A stretch of 64,000 nucleotides of DNA from NCBI RefSeq assembly GCF_009914755.1, contig NC_060934.1; one strand, 5' to 3'. Shown here one piece after another: positions 50,647 through 64,000 of this stretch. A program made the position numbers and the translations under genes. How positions within the stretch are numbered: position 1 is the stretch's first letter; every line of letters begins with the position of its first letter. The notes beneath the pieces are model-generated. The model was not told the origin of the DNA. It made no database searches and was given only the letters and a program-made list of their open reading frames with translations. This DNA comes from the human T2T-CHM13v2.0 reference genome, Homo sapiens.

Positions 50647-51459
50647 CTCTTTCTTAGTAACACTTTCTCGTTAACCATATCTACATATTAATAGGGAAGA
50701 AATCTCAAAGCCCAAGTTTACCAGAAATTGCACATTTAAAACATCTTCTGCTGTAAAACATCATGGTATAAAAACCATGCCCTTTCTTAGCCCTGGGGAA
50801 ATTGGTGATCTAAAGTGTCTGAGCCTGGATTATAACCCCACTGTGAGTTCATTTCACATTGAGTAGTTGAACTCGATAAAAATATACTTGACTAAATTCT
50901 GGGCATTGATGATATTTCATTTTTGTGGGTGTTCTTAGCTTCACTGGACTAAGAAACAACCTTGTTCTGGGAGTGTAAATAACAGTCTTCTCATAGCCGC
51001 CTCATCCTTTCTCAGCTTCTGTGCTGGGTTCTCATTCTTCCTCTGGCTTTCCCACCACAAGCGAAGTACCCTGAAATAAGAAACTTCTTTTGGAATCCTG
51101 ACCTTAGCCGTCACCATCACCACATAGCAAACTGCTACAGATGTTTCTCCTTTCTTTTTGTCTTTGTATAATCATTACATTGAAGAGGCTTTGCATCCTA
51201 TTGGGTTCTCACTTTTGGTTTTATTTGGGAGGAAATTATATGGCTTTAGAAAATTAAGTAGAGTATTTTTTCCCAGTGTTATAAGCCTTCTGAAGAAATA
51301 TAACAGCATGGGAGGCATACTTACATCATTTTAGAGTAGAGCCTAAACAAATAAAAAAATACTCTCCATAGGAAAATGAAATAGGACATTGTTTAATAGT
51401 TGTTACTGTAAGAGAAAATACTGGAGTTTTATATTTTGTGTAAAACATTTTTTTAATTT

Positions 51460-51770
51460 AATTTTTTTCTTTTCTTTTTTTTTTTTTAAGAGACAGGGTC
51501 TTGCCCTGTCGTCCAGGCTGGATTGCAATGGGGCTGTCTTGGCTCACTGCAACCTTGACCTCTCAGGCTCAAGTGATCCTCCCACCTCAGCCTCCTGAGT
51601 AGCTGGGACCACCGGCATGCACCACCATGCATGGCTAATTTTTGTATTTTCTGTGGAGACGGGGTTTTGCCATATTGTCCAGGTTGGTTTCGAACTCCTG
51701 GGCTCAAGCGATTTCATTGCCTTGGCCTCCCAAAGTGCTGGGATTACAGGTGTGAGCCACTGCACCTGGC
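51460..51770 (-). mobile_element. AluJ
   Basis: Full dimer with J diagnostics. Confidence 0.9.
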
Positions 51771-52369
51771 TTATATTCTGTTTTGAGACAACTTTTGATA
51801 TTTCCAACAAAAATGGTAACATCACAGCAGCAATCATTTGTGTGGAAGGGTGAGCCGATGATCACCAAGGAAGTTGGTAAGTCCTAATCCAGGCGGGTTC
51901 AAGAATTAGGCTGTGATGAGGGTTGAAGCAAATAAATCTGAAGGAGCTTATTAATAAAGCAAAAGATCCTGTAGACTACATGTTATCAGATAGTATTACA
52001 ATATTCCATGATGGCAAAAAATTTTTTGGTATATAATTTTCTATATAAGATATCTATAATACACAACCCATTCCCAGTGTTCTGTTCCTGAACTGCTGTA
52101 TTAGAACAGTGCCTGGTGTGTAGTAAGTACTGAATAAAAGCTTTAGTGAATGAATAATTCTTGATACATTTTGGAGGTGATATTTACTGAGCAGTTACTT
52201 TGAGCCAGGCACTTTTCTAAGCGCTGATAATATGGTGGAATATACATGTACATGAGTAAAACAATTGGATTTTCATGGGGATTCTTGTTCTTCTTGCCAT
52301 TGGGATTTATAAGCCATTAAACCATAGGTGGCACTTCTCCAAAAGTGGAGGATGTGTTGGAATCTGATA

Positions 52370-52696
52370 CTTCTTCTTCTTCTTCTTTTTTTTTTTTTTT
52401 TTTTTAGACAGAGTGTTTTTCTTGTCACCCAGGCTGGAGTGCAGTGTGGCATGATCTTGGCTGATTACAACCTCTGCCTCCAGGTTCAAGTAATTCTCCT
52501 ACCTCAGCCTCCTGAGTAGTGAGTAGCTGGGACTACAGGCGCCCAGCACCATGCCTGGCTAATTTTTGTATTTTTAGTAAAGACAGGGTTTTACCATGTT
52601 GGCCAGGCTGGTCTCAAGCTCCTGACCTCAGGTGATCCATGGACCTCAGCCTCCCAAAGTGCTGGGATTACAGGAGTGAGCCACTGTGCCTGACCC
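52370..52696 (-). mobile_element. AluS with a (CTT)n/T tail
   Basis: Full dimer. Confidence 0.9.
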
Positions 52697-53964
52697 TTAT
52701 TCATTTTTTGGATTTCCTAAGATATGAAATGATATTGTATTAGCTCATTAGAAAGTTAGATTGACATTGTAGATGACATTAATTTGCCGTAGATATTCAC
52801 TCAAAGAATGACAACATATATCCTAAGCTTTTACTTTTAGAAGATTATTATTTAAAAAAAGCCACATGAAATAAATTGTTATTGAAGATATTTACATTTA
52901 ACAGCTTTCATTATGTTGTTAAATATTCTCAATAAAGTAACTGGCAGGAGCCTTTCTCTCCTGAAAATGAGAAGTGCAATAGGTAATAATCATTTTCTTT
53001 CTTTACTTTCCATTTCATGAATAGTTTTACTATTTTTGTGGGAAGCCAAATGTTAAATTTTATATTTAGCTGATCTTCTACCAAGAATTAAAAAAAAATT
53101 TCTTTCTGACAGTTTTTAAAGGAAGTATACCTTAAGAGTCCTTAAAAAGTATGTTTTAAAGGTTGCCATGGAAATGGTAAGATTGAGAAAAATAACTATT
53201 TGGCTTTTTTTCCTTTGACTTTCTAATGACTTTATAATGAAACTGCGTATTGATTTTATAATGAAGCTACATAACTGATATTTGCAAAGGGATAATATAA
53301 GGATGAATCTTTTTACAGCTCTGGATTATAAAGGCTATTTGAAATCTTTCCCATTCCCAACACCTTCTCTTGACCCCCTCTTCTCCCATCAGCTCTTGTC
53401 TAATTTCTCTACCTTCCTCACTAGCAAACTTCTTTGAAATGGTTATAAGTACTTTCTGTCTTCTCTTTCTTTACAGAGCCCACTCCATTAGGGCCTCCTT
53501 TCCATGCTTCTATTAATACAAGTGTTTCTGTTCCATGTCCTCTGTGTAGCTAAATTCAGGGGCCAATTCCCAGTCCTCATCTTAACTTGACTGAGTAACA
53601 GCATTTGACGTCATTGGTTGTTTCCTTCTTTGAAGCTGTGTCCGTGTCTATTCACCACCATAGCCCTCCCTTTTTGTTTTATATGGACCTCATTGGGTGG
53701 CTGCTGTGCAATTTTCTCTGCTGGATTCTACTCAGCCTATCATGACCTCAAACATTGCAGTCTTGCAGGGGATAGCCTTTGGATCTTTTCTCTGTCTATA
53801 TTCAGTCACGTGGTTATCTCATCTTTTTTTAAAAATCAAAATTGGTACATTTTATTTGTGTAAATTATATCTCAATAAAGCTGATACTTTATCAAAGAGT
53901 AAACTAAGTCATACATTACTTTAATTTTTAAAATTATCCGTACTTATCCTGTTGAGATATTATT

Positions 53965-54590
53965 ATTATTTATATTTTTTTATTTCCATAGGTTACTGGG
54001 GAGCAGGTGGTGTTTGGTTACATGATTGTTCTTTAGTGGTGCTTTGTGAGATTTTGATGCACCCATCACCCGAGCAGCATACACTGCACACAATTTGTAG
54101 CCTTTTATCCTAACCCTCTTCCAACCTTTTCCCGCTGAGTCCCCAAAGTCCATTGCATCATTTTTATGCCTTTACATCCTCATAGCTTAGCTCCCACTTA
54201 CGAGTGAGAAGATAAGATGTTTGGTTTTCCATTCCTGAGTTACTTCACTTAGAGTAATAGGCTCTAATCTCATCCAGGTGGCTGCAAATGCCATTAATTC
54301 ATTCCTTTTCAAGGCTGAGTAGTATTCTATCGCATATATATGTATATATATATATGTATCTCACAGTTTCTTATATATATCTCACGTATCTCACATATAT
54401 ATATATATGTATCTCACAGTTTATCTACTCATTGATTGATGGGAATTTGGGTTGGTTCCACGTTTTTGCAGTTGCTGATTGTGCTGCTATAAACATGTGT
54501 GCAAGTGTCTTTTTTGTATAATGATATCTATCTATCTATCCATCTATATAATGTATAAAGTACGTTTATTTTTCCTCTGGGTAGATACAT
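53965..54590 (-). mobile_element. L1PB 3' end
   Basis: tttatttccataggttactggggagcaggtggtgtttggttacatga...gcacccatcacccgagcag. Confidence 0.85.
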
Positions 54591-55190
54591 CCTGAGTACA
54601 GAGATTTGGCTGTCAAAAGTTGCCTACCTTTCTTTTAAAACCTATATTTCAAAATATCAGAAAATCCTGTCAGCTTTTTCTTCAAAATATATCCTAATTT
54701 TGAGCTATCAATGATATATTTTTAGTTCAAGGCAGTTTCACTTCTTACTAGGTCTACAGCAATCAGTTTTTATTGTGTTTTTCAGTTTCTTCTCTTGCTT
54801 TCCTCACCCTAGGGCCACCAATGGCTTATAGTTTCATTCAGAATGAAACCGAAGTGCTTACCATGACATTTAATGTCCTCTATGAAATGAACTTGACTTA
54901 TTTCTCTTTCTGCATCTCTTAGCAATCTTCACCTCCCCCATAGTACTTCAGCCACATTTGCTTCTTTGTGATATCATTAGTCATGCTAAGTCTTCTGGGG
55001 CTGTGACATATAGGGCTTCTTTTGCCTGAAGCACTTTAACCTGATAACTTGTTAGCACACTCTTACTTCATCCAGGTGTTTTCTCAGTGTCACCTAATCA
55101 CAGAGTCCTTCCCTGCCCCTCAATCAAAAACATGGGACCTTCCAGCCTTTTCACTACTCATCCTCTTACTCACCTTTATTTTCTTTAAAG

Positions 55191-55719
55191 CAGCAGTCCC
55201 CAACCTTTTTGGGGACCAGTTTCTTGGAAGACAATTTTTCAGTGGATCAGAGAAAGGGGTGGGGTGATGGTTTCAGGATGATTCAAGTGCATTACATTGA
55301 TTTGTACTTTATTTCTAGTGTTATTACATTGTAACATATAATGAAATAATTATACGACTCACCATAATGTAGAATCAATGAGAGCCCTGAGCTTGTTTTC
55401 CTGCAACTAGACCATCCCATCTGGGGGTGAGGGGAGGAAGTGACAGATCATCAGGCATTAGAGTCTCATAAGGAGCCTGCAACCCAGATCCCTTGCATGC
55501 ACAGGTTACAATAGGGTTCATGCTCCTATGAGAATCTAATGCCACCACTGATCTGACAGGAGGCAGAGCTCAAGCAGTAATGTGAGTGGCCCCAAACAGC
55601 TGTAAATACAGATGAAGCTTTGCTCGCTTGCCCACTTCTCACCTCCTGCTGTGTGGCCCTGTTCCTAACTGCTGTGTGGACCAGTACTTGTCTGTGGTGC
55701 AGGGGGTTGGAGACCCCTG
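55191..55719 (+). mobile_element. MER1A (hAT-Charlie MITE)
   Basis: TIRs cagcagtccccaacc / ggttggagacccctg; 8-bp flanks ctttaaag/ctttaagt. Confidence 0.9.
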
Positions 55720-57297
55720 CTTTAAGTCACCTATCAATATTAATTATCTATTGATTCAGTTGACTGATGGCTACCTTTCTCCAGTGAGAGGTAGCCTCTC
55801 TGATAGCAGAGATGTTGGCTTTCTGTTTGAAAGTATATCCTCAGTGTTGGAAGAGTGCCTGACCTGTATATAGCAGGTACTCAACAAATTTTGTTTCCAA
55901 AGAATGAATGGAAGAAATAATGAATGGGTTTTAGTGTGTTGGAATGGAAGTGTTTGCCATTCTCACGTATCCATAAAATGCTGGTTGTGGCTCTATGATT
56001 AATCAACTTGATGATGCTTCACCCTGGGCATCCCTCATTCCACTGGTGAGCCCATGCAGAGGTAATGGAAGGGTCATTCTAAATGCTTTTTGCTAGAAGA
56101 GTATCTTGCTGCTTGGAGTTCTCCTGGGAAACTGATCCACTACTGCTGAGAAATGTGATTACTGTGTAGTTTCCACAGCAACACCATTGATGATCACTCC
56201 CACTGCATCAAGAATGGATCAGAGATTGAGCAGGAGCCATACTCTTTGGTCGCTTCTTCGAAAGAGCAGGATTTATTTTCAACTCTATGTAATTATTTGC
56301 TGGAACCTCATTTTGCAGAACTGTTATTTTACAGTGGGAGTACTGGGGAAAGGTATTTAAACTGCTCTAAAATAAGGACACATTGGAAGTGTTTTCTCTG
56401 TAAGGGAAATTGTCCAAATTTGACTTTTGAGTCAACATTTTTAATGGATATTTAGGGCTTATCAAAATTGCTTGCAGCCCAAATAAAACATCAAGCAGAG
56501 GGATACATTTTACTGGTAGAAATTCATGACTTCATTGGATTAAGATTTTATAGTATTTTTGTGATCTATATCTCTTCAAGTTACAGTTTGACAGAAGTTG
56601 CATTAAATCTGCCATTTTCAGATGAATCCTGAAGATGGAGAAATTATAAATAATTTTTATAAATGATAAAGCTATGTTCTTCTTTAGCAGTGAATGCCAC
56701 AGTCAAAATAAATAAATAATTTAAATGCTTATTTGAGATCAGAATTGCTTTCAGAAAAACATACCATTAAAGCTAATGACAGAAAAGTTATAATGGAATA
56801 AATATTACAACAGGAAGATGATTTAAATTCTCCAAAGGAACTTTGTACATTTTAAAATTAATAAAAATTAATGCTATTTGCTATTTCATTCATTGAAAAT
56901 ATTCCATGTTTAGTAGGGAAAATACTAGTTAGACTTTTGGTGATGTATTATAAAATACGATAGGTTAGAATAGCAAAAAAATATTATAAGACTATGTTTT
57001 TGAAGAATATAGAGTAATTACAAAAGGAAACCTAGAAGACAACACATTACTGAAACACTGATAATGATGGTGTGTAAAATCAAATTATTTCAAATTTAAA
57101 ATTACTATAAAATTTAAAAATTTAAATGAAAGAAATGTGAACATTTTGACACATAAATTACATTTAGTTTTCATGTTTTTTCCAGTCCTTATCTAAATCC
57201 ATATTCATATTTAACAGACATAGTCATAAGGCACATGCAATATTATAGCTATAGTTTTCACTTAAAATCATATATATTTTTATATCTTGCTACATGA

Positions 57298-57619
<322 letters not shown>

Positions 57620-58644
57620 GCGAATATCATTTTTAGTGATCACTTGCTATTTCATTCAGGAGATTGCTGGAATTTGCTTAATCTACTTTTCTAATTCTGT
57701 ACTCAGTCACTTTCTATTTGCTTTCTGAGTAGGCGTTCACAATATTTAGTTATAATAAATAACTCCCTATGTGGTATGATTGGAGTAATGACAAAAGAGA
57801 TTTCTCATTTCAAAGTTTCCATGCTAAGTTATACTGTGGCCTGGATCAGTTAGCATGTTGGTTCCAGCCAAAATATAAAAAATACATTTTGAACAGAGAA
57901 GACACAACAATAGGGTTTGAACCTAGGCTCAACTCAGGAGACCAGATCTGGTGGGTTGACATTGAGAAAGGATTTTGAGTAAGGATGGACAACCCCAAGG
58001 GTCCGAGGCGACACCTCATTTGCAGTATAAAATCTGTTACTGGACAAGGTGTAAAAATTGTATGATTTTTATGCAGTTTGGTTTTATATAGATGAAAAAT
58101 TTCTAGATGAAAAGAAACAGCTATAAATATTTTTTTCCTGTCTTTGGGCTGAAAGAAGTTTAAGGAGATGTTACTGATTCACAATGCATATCATAGTGTG
58201 GGCAGAAAAATAATAAATTTACCTAATCCTAAATGTACTATAACACAATAACATGGCTGTGATACGGTGGTTCAAATCAGTAAAGTCAGAGCTGCACTTG
58301 TCAGTTCTGTTGTTTGTCATTAAATCATGAGGAAAATAACAATGACTAGCAAGATTTTAGACACTGATCTATTTTTTCAGATTCTTTCACAGTCCAAATG
58401 ACCAAGACATCACTGGAACAAGGGTTCATTTAAATTGTAAGGCAGTATACAAGCAGCAATTAAATGATATCTTTTTCCATTAATGGCTGTGTTATAATTT
58501 AAAAGAATAATTGTTGTTCACCTATGTCCAGCGGTGGCCATTTATGACCAAAATGATAATACTCAATTTTAAGGATTTAATTAGAGCAATGAAGTAAATT
58601 GTAAATTACACAAATTGTAAATCATGTGCATAATTACAGCGGTA

Positions 58645-59630
58645 ATTATGTTCATTTACTCATGTAAAATATTTTTTGAGCTTTTTGTGTGTGTCAGACA
58701 CTATTTTAGGGAACAAAGTGGTGAATAGAACAAAGTCCTTACCCTCATGGAGTTTGTTTTCTAGTGAAGTGACATAGACACTAAACAAGCAAATACAACA
58801 CACAATTTCCAGTTTTAAACACACAGTAAAAAATAAAACTAAAAACACCGGAAGAAGACCTGGTTTATATAGGGTGGTCAGAGAAGATCTTTCCAAGTTT
58901 GAGATATTTGAATCAAGACCTAAAGAGGGGACAGAACCAGCCTGCCATTAAGAGGTAAAAGATGCTCCAGGTGAAAGAATCACATGTGCCAAGGTGTTGT
59001 AGAAGCATTCTGGGCATTGCCCAGGGAAAGTGATGAAGCAGATGGGAATGGAGCAGAGTGACTGAGGTTAGGAGTGGTCTGAGAGGAGACAGGGAGGTTG
59101 GGCGGCTAGTGGTGCAGATGGTGTAGGAGCTTTAGACCACTTTGATTATTTTGTTTTTTTCACCCAGGGTGAGACAGGAATCCATTACAGGGTTTTGAAC
59201 AGAGGAAGGACATGCCTGGTTTGTTTTAAAAGATTGACTCTGCTGTGTGGAAAATAGGCAATATCAAGATGAGGAGCAGAAAAAGAGAGGCCTATGAGCA
59301 ATCTCTATAGAAAAGAGGCAACTGTGGCTTTGACGTGGTGGAAGTGGTCAGATTCAGGATGTATTTAGAAGGACGAGCTGATAGGTCTTCAGACAGTATA
59401 GTGTGATGTTAAGTGAAACGGCAAGGACAACTGATGCTTCTGGGCTGAGCATCTGGTAGGCTGAGGTTGCCCTTTGCTGAAATACAGAACAGTGTGGAAG
59501 AATCAGTGTGGTATGGGTGCAGCTGGGACCAAGAGCTTGATTTGGGATGTGTGAGTTCATGATGCTTATTAACTATCTAAATGGAGATGTTGCATAGACA
59601 GTTTAAGATATATCTAAAGCTCAGAAGTTT
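58645..59630 (-). mobile_element. L2 fragment
   Basis: ttcatttactcat...aaatattttttgagc...gtgtcagacactatttta; ttttaaaagattgactctgctgtgtggaaaa. Confidence 0.75.
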
Positions 59631-59680
59631 GTTCTGGAAATATAAATATTTTAAGTCTGTTCGTAAAGCAAGAGCATCAG

Positions 59681-60048
59681 TGATATGGTTAGGCTTTGTG
59701 TCCCCACCCAAATCTCATCATGATTTATAATCCCAGGAGTTTAGGGAGAGACCTGGTGGGAAGTGGTTGGATTATGGGGGTGGTTTCCCCCATGCTGCTA
59801 TTGTGATAGTGAGTGAATTCTCATGAGATCTGACAGCTTGATAAGTGGTCGTTTTTCCTGTGCTAACACACACTTGCTCTCTTGCCTGCTGCCATGTAAG
59901 ACATGCCTTCTTCCCCTTCCGCCATGATTGTTAAGTTTCCTGAGGCCTCCCCAGCCATGTGGAACTCTGAGTCAATTAAACCTCTTTCCTTTGTAAATTA
60001 CGCAGTCTCGGGAAATTCTTTATAGCAGTGTGAGAATGGACTAATGCG
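59681..60048 (+). mobile_element. THE1 (THE1D-like) solo LTR
   Basis: tgatatggttaggctttgtgtccccacccaaatctcatc; perfect 5-bp TSD atcag (59676-59680 / 60049-60053). Confidence 0.9.
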
Positions 60049-60434
60049 ATCAGCAAAGACTGAAACTGAGTAATCATATCCCTGGAATGAAAAATGAACG
60101 TCCCAGAGTATTCAGACAGCAGCGTATGGCCAACAGGGGACCGTGAATGATGATCCAGCAGATTATAATGGGCAACCCCTTAGACACACTGACCCATCTG
60201 TCTGGGAGTGCTTTGTAATCCCCTGTGATTTACTGTACTCACTTATTTTTTAATTTGTTTATTTATCTGATACCTTTTAGCAGGATATAGAAAGGGACCT
60301 GTAAGATTATCCTTCCAGACTGGTCAACTGAGGAGCTCAATAAATTGTACTGAATAGAAGTAAGTTCTATGAATCCATAAGACAAATGCAACATAGTCAT
60401 CCATTTGGATAAAACATTTCTGTATGATATTGAT

Positions 60435-60690
60435 GGCCATTCATTCTTTCACTCACAATTATTTACTGAATGCTTACTATGTATGCTTTTGTGCTCTGTG
60501 ATGGGGATGGTTCAGTGAACAAAAAAGAAAAAAATTCTATGGAACTTTCATTCTGTAGGGAAGATATAGACAATAAAAATATAAGTAAAATATATATTAG
60601 ATGGTGGTATTTAGAAAAAACAGACCAGGAAAATGACACTGGCTTTATAATTTTAAATAGGAAAAGGCATTATTAGGAAGGTGACATATG
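60435..60690 (-). mobile_element. L2 3' fragment
   Basis: cattcattctttcactcacaattatttactgaatgcttactatgt. Confidence 0.6.
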
Positions 60691-61241
60691 AAGTTTTATT
60701 TTTTCTCCCCAAATTTTATTGTCCATGGAACAATCCTCGATAGTTTCTCTACAGGTGTCTGACTACATCCTAGATGAGATTTACAACTAGCCTAAATTCT
60801 GTTGTGAATCAGCACCAGCCTCAGCTTTCTTGGTACTAGAGGAAGAAGGGTTTTGTCTGTAGTTATCTGCATCAGCTTCACCTCCAGTGAGTCTTATGGG
60901 TCACTCTTCTTCAATCTTTGGGTCATGAGATTTTCAGTGTTGGTACACAGTGTTGCAGCTTTTACCATCTATTAGGGTATCACTGGATGCAAGCCATCTC
61001 TCTCCTGTTCTAGGATGCTGCAGGTCCAGTTATAGACCAAGACAAGCATCAGAGAAAAAGAGACCATGTGATAGCCTTGCATCAAGCCAATCTTGCATCA
61101 GCTTCTTGTAAATAATGCATATCTGTGCAAGACCTCCACTAGGAAGACATTCTAGAACTACAATTATTAGTAAGTGTCAGAAGGATTAGTAGAAATTGGA
61201 CAGATAAGGCAAATATTTGAAGGCCTAAAGACTCTCTCTCA

Positions 61242-61544
61242 TTTTTTTTTTTTTTTTTTTGAGACAGGACCTTACTCTCTCACCCAGGTTCTAGTGCAGT
61301 GGTGTGGACACAATTCATTGCAACCTCTGCCTCCTGGGCTCAGGTGATCCTCCCAACACAGCCTCCTGAGTAGCTGGGACTACAGGTGCACATCACCATG
61401 CTGGGCTAATTTTTTTGCATTTTTTGTAGAGGTGGAGTCTTGCCATATTCCCCAGGCTGGTCTCGAACTCCTGGGCTCAAAGGGATCTGCTTGTCTTGGC
61501 CTCCCAAAGTGCTGGGATACAGGCATTAGCCACCATGCCCGGCC
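61242..61544 (-). mobile_element. AluJ
   Basis: Full dimer with J diagnostics. Confidence 0.9.
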
Positions 61545-61749
61545 TATGAAGACATTTTGAATCTCTCTGTTATCTATATCTGGGTATGTTCTACAATTGC
61601 TGAGTTAACTTGGAAAATGACTACCTCACTTTCAACTGCAAACTTCAAAATTTTTGAGTTAGGTATAGTGTTGAATCTTTTGATTGATGGATTTTTCAGC
61701 TTTGAAATGTTAAAAAGAAAAAATACCATATTCACCTATTATTTTTCTT

Positions 61750-61900
61750 CATTTCTAATTTTTGTGGGTATATAATAAGTGTATACATATGGGTATATGG
61801 TATATTTTGATAGAGGCATACCATGTATAATAGTCACATCAAAGTAAATGAGATGTCTATCACCTCAAGCATTTATCTTTTGTGTTATAAACATTATTTA
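61750..61900 (-). mobile_element. L1MA 3' fragment
   Basis: aatttttgtgggtatataataagtgtata...cacctcaagcatttatc. Confidence 0.7.
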
Positions 61901-61922
61901 TGGTAATTAAAACCACCATTGG

Positions 61923-62216
<294 letters not shown>

Positions 62217-62364
62217 CTGTTGTTGGATAAAGTAGAAACATGTATATATACTTATAATATTCATGCACATCTATCTTTCTATCACAACAATAATTAATGT
62301 AAAGTATTGTTTTGTTCTTGTTACTCATTGTGCCTAGGAATTTGGTTCACATGTGACTGCTAAT

Positions 62365-62630
62365 GTCAGTGCTGCTGTGATCTCAGGTACACAAAGTAAT
62401 GAATGAACACTTGGCCTCTGGAGTCCATAGATGGGGCAGAGATCAGTTCCTCACTTGTGTACTGAGTAACTTGGTAGCTAAACTCTTTTAGCATCAGTTT
62501 TCTCATCCAGAAAATGGTGATCATAAAATAATTCTCATGAGGCTGTTGGGAGGATTGAATCAAATTAGATAACATAGGTGATGTGCCTCATCTTGTGAGA
62601 TATATGGAAGGCACTTAGAAAATGGTAGAT
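62365..62630 (+). mobile_element. MIR
   Basis: ggcctctggagtcca...catcagttttctcatccagaaaatgg...ggctgttgggaggattgaat. Confidence 0.7.
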
Positions 62631-63084
62631 GGCACAGAATGGTGGGAAGTTAATTGGATCCCAAAGGACTCATACATGTGAACTTGTCCTTCATAACTTA
62701 TTCTTCAGCATTTCAAGGCTGCTTCAATACAATATACTACTCTATCATTCATCATTTTAGTGACTATCTCTACTTACCTATGTTGTACCAGTTCTTCCAT
62801 TAATAAAATGAATTCATTTTTAGATATTAAAATTCTCTTTCTGATTGAATGCCATTTCCCAATATCCCCCAAGGCAATGTTTTCAAAAGTTTCCCACAGA
62901 ATAGTAACACAGACGGAAACACTGCCAATTAAATGCTGTGTGGACAAAAGAAGGTTGAAAAACACTATGTATACTGTCTCTCTTTTGCAGAGTCACAGGC
63001 ATAACAAGAAATCTTTTAATAAAAATATCAGTTTTTCTTAGTGTAATCTTGTATTTCCCAAGCAATTTTGCTAACTGAATTCTT

Positions 63085-64000
63085 TTTATTTTTACTTTAT
63101 TATTATTTTTAACTGGGGGTGAAATACACATAATGTCTTAATCATTTTTAAGTGTACAGTTTAATGGCATTAAGTACATTCATATTGTTGCGCAATCATC
63201 ACCACCATCCATCTCCAGGACTCTTGATCTTGTAAAACAGAAACTATACCCATTGAATTATAACTTCTCGTTTCTCTCCCCTCACCTCCAGCAACTATGA
63301 TCGTACTTTCTGGCTCTATCAGTTTGACTGTTCTAGGCACGTCAGGTAAGTGGAATCATGCAGTATTTGTCCTTTTGTGACTGGCTTCTTTCACTTAGTA
63401 TGATGTCCTCAAGGTTCATCTATGTTGTAGCATCTGTCAGAATGTTCTTTCTTTTTAAGGTGGAATAATACTCCCTCGTTTGTATGTACTGCATTTTGTT
63501 TATCCATTCACCCATCAATGGGCGCTTGGGTTGCTCCTAACTATTGGCTATCATGAAAAATGCAACTATGAACATGCATGTACAAACATCCTATGAAAGA
63601 GAACCTGCTTTTAATTTTTTGGGTATATACACAGAGGTAGAATTGCTGCGTCATCTGGTAATTCTGTTTAATATTTTGTAGAACTGCCATACTGCGTTCC
63701 ATAGTGGCTGTGTCACTTTACATTGCTCTAACAGTGCACAAGAGTTCCAGTTTCTCCAAATCCTTACCAATACTTGTTATTTTGTGTTTGCATCTTTGTT
63801 TAATAGTAGCCATCCCAAAGGGTGTAAGGTGTATCTCGTCGTGGTTTTGACGTGCATTTACTTACTAATTAGTGATGTCTAACATGTTTTCATGTACTTC
63901 CTGGCCATTTGTGTAATTTCTTTGGAGAAATATCTGTTCAAGTCCTTTGCTTATTTTAAATTTTTTTTTCTTGTTCAGTTGTAGGAGTTACTTATATGTT
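63085..64000 (-). mobile_element. L1MB 3' end, running off the window
   Basis: atttttaagtgtacagtttaatggcattaagtacattcatattgttg...catcaccaccatccatctccag. Confidence 0.85.

Larger units (their letters stand above)
53340..55930 (+). mobile_element. Fragmented L2 with nested L1PB and MER1
   Basis: cagtcctcatcttaacttgactgagtaacagcatttgac; 3' end agagtgcctgacctgtatatagcaggtactcaacaaa...gaatgaatg. Confidence 0.7.

Overview
Primate (human-like) intergenic DNA, dense in repeats. I find no intact protein-coding gene. Almost all ORFs in the track are Alu, L1 or simple-repeat artefacts. The one recognisable gene-derived sequence is a full-length processed pseudogene of AIFM1 (about 30743-33910, + strand; it matches the known human AIFM1P1). 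It is split by a 5'-truncated older L1PA with a 14-bp target-site duplication (TSD). The window also holds about 45 Alu/FLAM copies (strongly minus-biased), L1 and L2 fragments, DNA transposons (MER44A, MER2, MER1A, MADE1), a decayed MER4-group ERV1 provirus with a tRNA-Arg PBS, and several solo LTRs, including an LTR10 with an AP-1 repeat array. Three structures are not explained by standard repeat annotation. (1) A ~1.1-kb CpG-island-like, apparently unspliced fragment sits inside a MER44A with a TSD and a decayed A-tail (5292-6408). (2) A ~1.13-kb patchwork block is flanked by a perfect 17-bp direct repeat and ends in an A-run, like an orphan L1 transduction (48097-49229). (3) Two paralogous copies of a short segment each carry an Alu of a different subfamily at the same position (7765 and 10587). 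Repeat subfamily names come from remembered consensus sequences, and repeat boundaries are approximate unless a TSD is given. I do not see a wholly new biological system; the best candidates are these L1-mobilised non-TE inserts.
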